Positions 7,839 through 15,495 of a stretch of DNA of 24,000 nucleotides are shown here, piece by piece. The stretch comes from Acaryochloris marina S15 (GTDB lineage Bacteria > Cyanobacteriota > Cyanobacteriia > Thermosynechococcales > Thermosynechococcaceae), in assembly GCF_018336915.1 (NCBI RefSeq), contig NZ_CP064923.1, positions 540,998-564,997 on the forward strand, in the 5' to 3' direction. A program made the position numbers and the translations under genes. Position 1 is the first letter of the stretch, and every line of letters begins with the position of its first letter. Below the pieces are notes generated by a model that was given only the letters and a program-made list of their open reading frames with translations, was not told the origin of the DNA and made no database searches.

Positions 7839-9371
7839 ATGTTTAAGTCGTTTTATATCAAGCCCCATGAACGGGGTATGTTGTTTTATCGCAGCAAGTT
7901 TGAGATGTTTTTGCTGCCGGGTACCCATCGTCGCATGGGGTGGCATTGGCAGGTGAAGACTTTTGATTTAAATCAGCCCCAAGTCCAGATTGACCATTTG
8001 GAGATGTTGCTGCAAACCCATGCCCACAGTATGGATGAGTATTTTACGGTGGTGCGCACGGCTTATAACCAGGCTGCCTTAGTCCGGTTAGGACAACAAT
8101 GGTGCACGATTGGCCCGAATCAACTGCAAGCGTTTTGGCGGGGGTTTATTGAGGTAGAAGTGCACCTATTTAACCTAGATGAGGGGCTTGAACTGCCGTC
8201 TCAGTTTGTCCAGCGATTGCGAGACGTATCGCTACCAGATTTGAATCGGGTCTCAATTCCTGAATCCCAGTTGGGGATGCTCTATGAGCAGGATAATTTT
8301 GTTCGACCTCTGGCTCCTGGAGAGTATGGGTTTTGGACCTGCGATCGCAAAATCAGTATCACCCGCTATAATCGCACCCGCCCTGAACCCGATTTCTCTT
8401 TTGAGGAAGTGCTGATTGAGCGGCATCCCGAGTTTGTCGCTAGTCACTGTGAATCCGTGCAGTTGGGCAATCAGGAAGTTGCCATTGTCCGGTACCAAGG
8501 CAAAGCAATTACGATTTTGCCCCCCTGTAGTCGCAAGCTCTTTTGGAAAGGGGTTGCGGTTGAGGTGATTGATATCAGTGAAGATGCCAAGCTATCGCCA
8601 GTGCTCGTGGCCGAGCTGGTCGCGGGGTTACCGGAAGCCCTAGAGCTGGCCTATGATGTCTTACATATTTTGGAAGTTCCGGCCCAGCATTTAGGGCTGC
8701 TGTATGAAGCCAGTGCGTTTGTAGAGACGCTGACTCCGGGTTGGCATGTCTGGTGGACCTTTGGTCGGGCTTGGAAAACTGAAGTGGTGGATTTGCGTTT
8801 GCAAACCCTAGAGGTCTCCGGTCAGGAAATCTTGTCTAAGGATAAGGTGTCTCTTCGCCTTAACCTGACGGCGGGATATCGGATCACGGATCCCGTGCAG
8901 GCCAAAACTGGCTTGAGCAATATTGAGGATTATCTCTATAAAGAGCTTCAATTTGCCCTCCGCTCAGCAGTGGGCACCAAGTCTCTGGATCAACTCCTAG
9001 AAGATAAGGGGGCGATTGATGCTAGCGTCTCTGACCATATTCGCGAGAAAACGGAGCAGTATGGGGTTGTCATTGCTTCCGTGGGTGTCAAAGATATCAT
9101 TCTGCCCGGAGAAATGAAGGCCATTCTCTGTCAGGTGGTTGAAGCAGAGAAATCCGCCCAGGCCAACGTTATTCGTCGTCGGGAAGAGACGGCTGCCACG
9201 CGCAGTATGCTCAACACTGCCAAGGTGATGGAGAGTAATCCCGTGGCCCTGCGCTTGAAAGAGCTGGAGGTGTTAGAACGGATCGCGGACAAAATTGAGC
9301 ATATTCATGTCAATGGCGGTCTCGATAGTATCTTGACCGAGATGATTCGCATCAATGGGGCTAGAGAGTAG
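7839..9371 (+). CDS. Cytoplasmic SPFH/band-7 (PHB) domain protein with a repeat-containing N-terminal extension of about 370 aa
   Basis: The C-terminal region LRLNLTAGYRITDP...YGVVIASVGVKDIILPGEMKAILCQVVEAEKSAQANVIRRREETAATR is a typical SPFH core plus coiled coil. ATG 7839 is preceded by aaggaa 7 nt upstream. No TM helix is visible. The alternative start ATG 7743 would add MGDCPHCNCGD.... Confidence 0.85.
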   Translation: MFKSFYIKPHERGMLFYRSKFEMFLLPGTHRRMGWHWQVKTFDLNQPQVQIDHLEMLLQTHAHSMDEYFTVVRTAYNQAALVRLGQQWCTIGPNQLQAFWRGFIEVEVHLFNLDEGLELPSQFVQRLRDVSLPDLNRVSIPESQLGMLYEQDNFVRPLAPGEYGFWTCDRKISITRYNRTRPEPDFSFEEVLIERHPEFVASHCESVQLGNQEVAIVRYQGKAITILPPCSRKLFWKGVAVEVIDISEDAKLSPVLVAELVAGLPEALELAYDVLHILEVPAQHLGLLYEASAFVETLTPGWHVWWTFGRAWKTEVVDLRLQTLEVSGQEILSKDKVSLRLNLTAGYRITDPVQAKTGLSNIEDYLYKELQFALRSAVGTKSLDQLLEDKGAIDASVSDHIREKTEQYGVVIASVGVKDIILPGEMKAILCQVVEAEKSAQANVIRRREETAATRSMLNTAKVMESNPVALRLKELEVLERIADKIEHIHVNGGLDSILTEMIRINGARE

Positions 9372-9413
9372 GGGAATAGGAGCCGATTCACCATCAGCTC
9401 CTAAAGGCAAGAT

Positions 9414-9857
9414 ATGGAAGCAGTCATCTTTGTGGGCATTCAGGCCACAGGCAAATCGACGTTTTATCACCATCGGTTTGGTCGGACCCATGTGCGGATC
9501 AATCTGGATATGTTGAAAACTCGACATCGTGAGCAACAGTTTTTGTCCACCTGCCTAGATACCCGTCAACGCTTTGTGGTGGACAACACCAATCCCACTC
9601 CTGCTGATCGCCAGCGGTATATCCAGCCTGCCCAAGCACAGGGCTTCTCGATTACAGGGTATTACTTTGAATCGAAGTTGGCAGATGCATTGATACGAAA
9701 CTGCGATCGCACTCCCGACCAACAAATTTCAGATAAAGGGATCCGAGGAACAGCCTCTCGCCTCATCTTGCCTGCTTATGACGAGGGGTTTGACCAACTT
9801 TTTTATGTTCGTATTCTCCCCCATCAACACTTTGCAGTTGAGGACTGGCAACCATGA
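9414..9857 (+). CDS. P-loop kinase of the polynucleotide-kinase type (AAA_33 / PNK-like)
   Basis: Walker A is GIQATGKST at the N-terminus. FVVDNTNPTPADRQRY resembles the (V/I)DNTNP segment of PNKP / T4 Pnk-type kinase domains. The size of 147 aa equals a kinase domain only. It lies 42 nt after the SPFH stop and overlaps the next gene. Confidence 0.75.
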   Translation: MEAVIFVGIQATGKSTFYHHRFGRTHVRINLDMLKTRHREQQFLSTCLDTRQRFVVDNTNPTPADRQRYIQPAQAQGFSITGYYFESKLADALIRNCDRTPDQQISDKGIRGTASRLILPAYDEGFDQLFYVRILPHQHFAVEDWQP

Positions 9858-10615
9858 AATTTACTGAACTCGATCAAAAACTGAGAGTCTTTGAAACCGC
9901 TCATGATTTATGCGTTTTGCCTGGGTTGTACATGGTGGCTCGTTTGGATGGACGGAATTTTACCCGCTTAACCAAAGAAACCTTGGACTTAGAAGCCCCC
10001 TTTGATTCAGGCTTTCGGGATGCCATGGTGGCAACGGTTCAGCATTTGATGAACTGCGGATTTCGAGTGATGTATGGCTATACCCAAAGCGACGAAATCT
10101 CTTTACTGCTGCACCCAGAAGAGCAGACCTTTGCTCGTAAGCTGCGCAAGCTCAACTCTTTGCTGGCAGCGGAAGCCAGTGCTAAATTGTCATTGATCTT
10201 GGGCAGTATGGCTGTCTTTGACGGTCGCATCTCCCAACTGCCCACGGTTGATTTAGTCGTTGACTATTTTCGATGGCGACAGGAAGATGCCCACCGCAAT
10301 GCCCTCAATGCCCATTGCTACTGGATGTTGCGTAAATCGGGTGACTCCGCGAGCATGGCAACTCAGAAGTTAGAGGGATTATCTGTAGGCGATAAGAATG
10401 AATTGCTGTTTCAACTGGGGCAAATCAACTTTAATGACTTACCCCACTGGCAAAAGCGGGGAGTGGGTTGCGCTTGGCAGTCGTATCCAACGGCAGGCAT
10501 CAACCCTATGTCAGGGGAAGTCTCTCAAGGGACCCGCACGAAAATCAGCATTGAGGTCAACTTGCCCATGAAAGAAGACTACAGGGAATTTGTCCTCAAT
10601 TTAATGACTCGCTGA
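9854..10615 (+). CDS. Thg1-like protein (TLP), a tRNA(His) guanylyltransferase-family 3'-5' nucleotidyltransferase
   Basis: Family motifs are ARLDGRNF (first catalytic Asp), GYTQSDEIS (SDE metal-binding acidic pair), FRWRQEDAHRNALN, KNELLF and WQKRG. Its start overlaps the kinase stop (ATGA at 9854-9857). Confidence 0.9.
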   Translation: MKFTELDQKLRVFETAHDLCVLPGLYMVARLDGRNFTRLTKETLDLEAPFDSGFRDAMVATVQHLMNCGFRVMYGYTQSDEISLLLHPEEQTFARKLRKLNSLLAAEASAKLSLILGSMAVFDGRISQLPTVDLVVDYFRWRQEDAHRNALNAHCYWMLRKSGDSASMATQKLEGLSVGDKNELLFQLGQINFNDLPHWQKRGVGCAWQSYPTAGINPMSGEVSQGTRTKISIEVNLPMKEDYREFVLNLMTR

Positions 10616-10619
10616 ACCT

Positions 10620-11177
10620 CTATTTCTGGGATAAAACTCGCAGCCAGGGCTTTTGGGCTCGGCGGCGCTCTAAACTCATTTCAAAGCCATAGGCTTTAAA
10701 TTCTTGTTCACTGTAATATTCCCGAAACCGAGCCAAGGGAACGCGAGACCGACCATCTAGAGAGTGAACAATAGACGTAGGAACACGAACATCTCCTCCC
10801 AAATGGACAAAGGCTTCTTCTACCGTCATCCAGGGGCGCTTAGAATCGCTCACTTCCGTGGGAATCGCTTGCTCTAAACTGCTCAGCTTATCGGCCAATC
10901 CCTTGACCATATTGCCGGGCTTCATATTTGAATTTTGCTTTGATTTCTGCAGTTTCCCTATCCACACTTGGATCAGAGAGCTGAAATACTGGAAAATTCG
11001 CTTGAGAATTCGCCCACAGACTTGAAGGATGCTGCCAGCCCCGGCTTGACTGGACGGGCTGCCCTGAGAGGCAATGGCGGCACTGGACCAGCCGCAATTG
11101 GCACAGACTTGACGCCCGGATTTGAGAGGGGGTCCTAAGCGATTGGAGCAACGGGGACAGGTTTCCAGCATAGTCAA
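10620..11177 (-). CDS. Hypothetical zinc-ribbon protein
   Basis: The N-terminal CPRC...CANC forms a four-Cys ribbon. I do not recognise the C-terminal domain of about 80 aa. Its stop is 4 nt from the convergent TLP stop. Confidence 0.5.
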   Translation of the reverse strand: MTMLETCPRCSNRLGPPLKSGRQVCANCGWSSAAIASQGSPSSQAGAGSILQVCGRILKRIFQYFSSLIQVWIGKLQKSKQNSNMKPGNMVKGLADKLSSLEQAIPTEVSDSKRPWMTVEEAFVHLGGDVRVPTSIVHSLDGRSRVPLARFREYYSEQEFKAYGFEMSLERRRAQKPWLRVLSQK

Positions 11178-11216
11178 AGTCTCCTAAGACAGGGATGCGC
11201 GAACGAAGATAACACG

Positions 11217-11672
11217 TTAAGTCAAGCTCTCTAGTGCAGATGTTGAACCGAGATTATGGAGAATTTCTAACGGTAAGCCATCCGCATCCGCGGCAAAGGC
11301 CACATGATATGTATGCTTGCCAATCGTTTGTGGCATGGGATAAAGCAATACTTTTAAGGTGATTGAGACTGCTTTGAGCCGTTCTCGCCATTGTTCAAGC
11401 CAGGTCGATAAGGTTTGGTCTGCCGACAGGTCATCTGTGACATCTATCGATAAATGATAATAGCCTACGTAACCCTCGTCGCCAAAGGCATCCGCTGGCG
11501 GTTTAGGATCTGGGATTTGAATTAGTTCTAGTCTGCCGATAGGACCCTCCAACCAACATCCCAGAGTATACCCAGTTGTAAAGCGTTCGATAACGTCAAA
11601 GTCTAGGGTCTGGTAGAACGAGATTGCCCGGTGGATATCCCCGGTCCGAATCGACAGATGATGCCCCTTCAT
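11217..11672 (-). CDS. VOC (glyoxalase / bleomycin-resistance / dioxygenase) superfamily protein
   Basis: The N-terminal HHLSIRTGDIHRAISFYQTLDFDV and the later YYHLSIDV fit the paired beta-alpha-beta-beta-beta module pattern. Confidence 0.7.
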   Translation of the reverse strand: MKGHHLSIRTGDIHRAISFYQTLDFDVIERFTTGYTLGCWLEGPIGRLELIQIPDPKPPADAFGDEGYVGYYHLSIDVTDDLSADQTLSTWLEQWRERLKAVSITLKVLLYPMPQTIGKHTYHVAFAADADGLPLEILHNLGSTSALESLT

Positions 11673-11744
11673 GGCGATACCCCGATATGCTGACCATCAG
11701 ATATACCACAGCCTCCTCGTCGTTGAGCCATAGATTCAGAAGGC

Positions 11745-12251
11745 TTAATCAAATAGGCGGAAATGAGGAGAATTACTGGGAATTCCAGGTTCCTTATCGA
11801 GATCGAAATTAATCACTTGCCAGCGAGGATCATCCTCAGAGTCAGGGCTGAATTCTACGGGTAGCCCATATAAGCGTGGACGCCCTGACTGGGGTTTGTC
11901 TGACCAGGGAGAATGTTCTAAATAAGTGTTGATCAAGATCTGATAGCGTTGGGCAATAATCACTTTGGTCGCGCGATACCCTTCGGTATAGAGGCGATCT
12001 AGCGCTTCATGAATTTCGAAGCGGATGCCATCAGGATGGGTATGTTGGCGGTACCATTGCCCATCCCATAATCGCCAATGACGTCCAGATTGGAGGTGGA
12101 CTAAATCTTCAGTCTTGGGATCAGCTTCAAATGCCCCGTGACGTTGGCAAAGATAGGTATCCGTTAAGGTCAATGCGGTCATCATTTGTCGGCAATGGGG
12201 ACAGAGTGTCTCAGGCCCAAAAATCGGATAGTGCATGCTGACATGTGTCAT
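11745..12251 (-). CDS. Conserved hypothetical protein with an N-terminal CxxC...CxxH zinc-binding motif
   Basis: 168-aa ORF with CPHC...CQRH and coding-like composition. I recognise no family with certainty. Confidence 0.55.
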   Translation of the reverse strand: MTHVSMHYPIFGPETLCPHCRQMMTALTLTDTYLCQRHGAFEADPKTEDLVHLQSGRHWRLWDGQWYRQHTHPDGIRFEIHEALDRLYTEGYRATKVIIAQRYQILINTYLEHSPWSDKPQSGRPRLYGLPVEFSPDSEDDPRWQVINFDLDKEPGIPSNSPHFRLFD

Positions 12252-12388
12252 GAAGTCAGAGAGAGCCGAAGAACTCTGGTTGCCGCTAAGGTGGCTTCAT
12301 TATAACCGTGAATCGTTTAGCGTGGCTGTTCTGAATGGTCTGGAGACCGTCTCTTTTCAGGGTAGGATCGAGACGGTGTTTTAACCCT

Positions 12389-12934
12389 ATGACCTTGGAT
12401 GTATCCAGTCCCCAATATTGGCCACCCCCGGATCTTTCCTTGGCGGCGTTTGTGGCAGATAATGCCACGGTGATCGGCAATATTCACCTTCATCGAGAGG
12501 CCAGCATTTGGTATGGTGCGGTGCTGCGGGGGGATGTCGAGCGCATTGAAATTGGCGAATATACCAACATTCAGGATGGCGCCATTCTTCATGGTGATCC
12601 GGGACAGCCGACGATTTTAGAAGATTATGTGACCGTGGGGCATCGAGCCGTGATTCACTCAGCGCATATTGAGCGAGGCACATTGATTGGTATTGGGGCC
12701 ATTATTCTCAATGGAGTACACATTGGCACTGGCAGCATTATTGGGGCTGGGGCAGTGGTGTCTAAGTCGGTTCCCCCTCGTTCCCTATGGGTGGGAGTGC
12801 CTGCAAAGCCTTTGCGGGAGATGAGTGAAGCGGAATCCGAGGATTTGATGGATCATGCTCGCCACTATCAAAAACTGGCTTTAGTCCATGCCAATCGAGG
12901 GACTGATTTGGGTTTCAAAACGATTAAAAGCTAA
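12389..12934 (+). CDS. Gamma-carbonic-anhydrase-like left-handed beta-helix (hexapeptide-repeat) protein
   Basis: FVADNATVIGNIHL...ASIWYGAVLRGD...IEIGEYTNIQDGAILHGD...VGHRAVIHSAHIERGTLIGIGAIILNG is typical of the YrdA/PaaY/gamma-CA family, including the His ligand positions. The ORF-track start is 12335; the in-frame ATG at 12389 gives a more typical N-terminus. Confidence 0.85.
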   Translation: MTLDVSSPQYWPPPDLSLAAFVADNATVIGNIHLHREASIWYGAVLRGDVERIEIGEYTNIQDGAILHGDPGQPTILEDYVTVGHRAVIHSAHIERGTLIGIGAIILNGVHIGTGSIIGAGAVVSKSVPPRSLWVGVPAKPLREMSEAESEDLMDHARHYQKLALVHANRGTDLGFKTIKS

Positions 12935-13023
12935 GTCTAAGGGATTTTGATTAGAAAAATCTGACTACTTGTAGGACAATGGGTAAAAAGTGCTTTTAAA
13001 ATAATTCTGAGAGGAGATTGAGC

Positions 13024-13134
13024 ATGGATGTTCGTTTATTAATTGTTTTAGCTCCTGTCGCTGTTGCTGGTGGTTGGGCTTTATTTAGAATTTTCCCCGC
13101 TGCTATCGAGCAATGGCAAGGCATGAACAAGTAA
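13024..13134 (+). CDS. psbY: Photosystem II protein Y
   Basis: The 36-aa ORF MDVRLLIVLAPVAVAGGWALFRIFPAAIEQWQGMNK is not in the ORF track. It matches the cyanobacterial PsbY pattern MDwRv..v..P...a..WA..nI...A..Q. An SD (ggaga) lies 8 nt upstream and a strong terminator follows. Confidence 0.8.
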   Translation: MDVRLLIVLAPVAVAGGWALFRIFPAAIEQWQGMNK

Positions 13135-13174
13135 CTGGAACGTAATTGTTCAAGGTACTCCTAACTTAGTACAT

Positions 13175-13208
13175 GAAGCAGGGGCTAGCATTAGTTAGCC
13201 CCTGCTTC
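13175..13208 (+). terminator. Intrinsic terminator after psbY
   Basis: A 13-bp stem pairs gaagcaggggcta (13175-13187) with tagcccctgcttc (13196-13208), followed by gatcttt. Confidence 0.6.
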
Positions 13209-13306
13209 GATCTTTAAACTATTCTGCAAACTGATGATGACGGTCAGATCTAGAACCATCGGTTTTTTGTGGATGGCTTGAGAGAATATGCCGATGTAGA
13301 AAATGC

Positions 13307-13840
13307 CTAACATCTCAGATAGGGCAGTAATATTTGAGTGGTCTCCCCCGATAAATTCAGGCGTCGTTGTAGATCCGCCAGGTTGTGAAAGGGACCGTGG
13401 GCAATGCGATCGCGAATAACGTTTCGCGCCAGACTCGGTGTCATCTCCGGTATCGTCATCAGCTGTTCTACAGAAGCTGCGTTTAAGTTAAAGGCGGGGG
13501 CTAAGGCAAGGCTCTCCTGGTCGTAGTAGCAAAACTGCATCACTGCTGCTAGAGGCTGCATCCGCTGGACAGGCTGGGATAGGGCAGCTGCCACATCTTC
13601 AATGGCGTAAAATTGGACGCCATTCTGGGTTAATTGCACGAGCTGGCGGGCCTGGTGAATGGACAGTCCTGGCAAGCGCAGCCAATCATCGACACTGGCT
13701 TGATTAACGTCAATGCTGACGCCCAGCTCAGCGGCCAAAGCAACTTCTGCCAAGGACTGAAACCGATAATAGGGGTCAGCCAAAATCTGAGCCCGTAGCG
13801 GTCCTTGCTGTTGAGTCCACTGCACGAGGCGGTTGAGCAT
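13307..13840 (-). CDS. Helix-hairpin-helix repeat protein (ComEA-like DNA-binding domains)
   Basis: There are two HhH-like units: ASVDDWLRLPGLSIHQARQLV and ASVEQLMTIPEMTPSLARNVIRDRIAHGPFHNLADL. Confidence 0.6.
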   Translation of the reverse strand: MLNRLVQWTQQQGPLRAQILADPYYRFQSLAEVALAAELGVSIDVNQASVDDWLRLPGLSIHQARQLVQLTQNGVQFYAIEDVAAALSQPVQRMQPLAAVMQFCYYDQESLALAPAFNLNAASVEQLMTIPEMTPSLARNVIRDRIAHGPFHNLADLQRRLNLSGETTQILLPYLRC

Positions 13841-13857
13841 GGCTATTTATAGGTGCA

Positions 13858-14271
13858 CTAACCTAAGAGCTGTCGTCGCTGTTGCTCAAATTCGTAGTCT
13901 GTCACTAGTCCCTCTTGGCGGAGGCTTTCGAGCTGGCGTAGCGAATCTGCGATCGCATTCATCTGTGCCGGTTCCAGGGTCGGTTGAGTGGGTTGAGGCC
14001 AGGCCGGATTAAAGGCTTGGTGAAACCGATCATCCCCTTGGGTTAAATAAATCACGGCATCACATAGACTGGCTACCCGAGTCAGGGTGGCAATCGGTAA
14101 GGTGGCCCAAAAGATACCAGGCAGCAGATACACCAAGCCCCAGCGAGTTTGGCCTAAATAGAGCTTATGCAGACCTGGCAAGAGTAACCCTGCAAGGGCT
14201 AGGACAATGGCAACGATACGATTCTTTGGTCTCGGTAAGGCGAGACCCGATGGAGTCGAGTCAAGAGTCAT
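13858..14271 (-). CDS. Membrane protein with a TM2-like N-terminus and a C-terminal SHOCT domain
   Basis: The TM segment is AIVLALAGLLLPGLHKLYLGQTRWGLVYLL. The C-terminal LRQLESLRQEGLVTDYEFEQQRRQLL fits the SHOCT short C-terminal motif. Confidence 0.6.
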   Translation of the reverse strand: MTLDSTPSGLALPRPKNRIVAIVLALAGLLLPGLHKLYLGQTRWGLVYLLPGIFWATLPIATLTRVASLCDAVIYLTQGDDRFHQAFNPAWPQPTQPTLEPAQMNAIADSLRQLESLRQEGLVTDYEFEQQRRQLLG

Positions 14272-14387
14272 CAGTCAAGAGAAACCACAATGGCTAGTTG
14301 AATGGATTAGTTCTAGCACATTGCTAACCCTTCCGCGCAAGGAAAGATTGCGATGAGTATCTTGTGTCAATAGATGGTCTGCTGAGC

Positions 14388-14588
14388 TTAGGGAGACAAG
14401 CGGTGGACGAGTTTCTCTATCCACCGGACTGCTCGTTGCCAAGTCTGACTTGGAGAGGACTTAACGCTGTAAGGCTGACGCTGTTGACACCCTTGTAAGT
14501 GTTCTAACATCCGGTGCAAATTTTGGTCTTGTTTGGCCAGTTGGTGGGTTAAGCAATTAGATTGACGCTGGCAAGTATGACAAAGCAT
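14388..14588 (-). CDS. Small hypothetical protein (66 aa), weakly supported
   Basis: This is the only ORF in the gap. It is Cys/Gln/His-rich and I recognise no family. Confidence 0.25.
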   Translation of the reverse strand: MLCHTCQRQSNCLTHQLAKQDQNLHRMLEHLQGCQQRQPYSVKSSPSQTWQRAVRWIEKLVHRLSP

Positions 14589-14769
14589 AGTAGATATTCA
14601 CTCCTACTCAAGGAAGTCACGATGGCCAAGAGAGGCTCGAACATCGCAATTGGAAACGCTTTTGAAGAGTGAGGGAAGAATAAGATTCATCAATTCTAGC
14701 CAAGACGCCATCAAACGGCAGCCTTTAGATGTTGCATTTTATGAAGGGACATTTATCACAGACTGAATA

Positions 14770-15201
14770 TCAGTCCACGAAAGAGTTTGAGGCGTAAACC
14801 ACATACTGTTGAGCATCACTAGTATCGATCAGCACCTCCATGAGGTAAGCACCATCAGAAAAATCGGCATATAGGAGCGATTGCATCTGCTTGCCTTTGT
14901 GTTGCAGGGGTGAGTCTGCAAAAATCTGGCTATCGGTCTGACTCCGCCATTGCTGAATTTTGTTGAGAGGGGTTTGCTGCTGCAGTGCCAACAAGTCCTG
15001 GGGCTGAATGGTTAACTCTACCTGATAGGTCGGATTGAACCCTGAAATGCATTTTTCTTGCAGAATACGGGTACTAGCGGGCCAGTCAGTGATTTTTATG
15101 TTGGTGGCAAAGGTGTCACAAGGCACTGTGCTGCCTAACGGATCCCAACATCCTCCCAGCCCAAGGAGCAATACCCAAAACAGTGTGCTGAATCGATTCA
15201 T
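14770..15201 (-). CDS. Hypothetical lipoprotein
   Basis: The internal Met at 15201 gives MNRFSTLFWVLLLGLGGC, a signal peptide with a lipobox. The ORF-track extension to 15441 lacks signal-peptide logic. Confidence 0.5.
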   Translation of the reverse strand: MNRFSTLFWVLLLGLGGCWDPLGSTVPCDTFATNIKITDWPASTRILQEKCISGFNPTYQVELTIQPQDLLALQQQTPLNKIQQWRSQTDSQIFADSPLQHKGKQMQSLLYADFSDGAYLMEVLIDTSDAQQYVVYASNSFVD

Positions 15202-15495
15202 TTGCAGGAGAGTGCTACCAGGGGGATCAGGAGATGCGATCGCAAAACCGTGCCAGAAACTCGACTGTCTTTCACGATAAAGCTGCAGTGGAAGGATTTG
15301 AGACCATACCATTATGCAGTGTGTTGAAAGCGGCAAATTAATACCCATCTCAATCATGATCAATTCAAGCTTCTGAGCTAAACGATTCAATGGTGCCTGT
15401 GGCCTGCTTTTGAAGCCTCCATGGGGGCATGACCAACTCATACTGCAGGAGACAACATCCCTTACAGTAGAGACAGAACATTTCAGGTCAGAGTA

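Noticed and set aside
12286-12683. Three minus-strand ORFs (12286-12480, 12317-12592, 12387-12683)
   Set aside because: They are antisense shadow frames of the well-supported gamma-CA-like gene, and their translations are low-complexity or Arg/Pro-rich.
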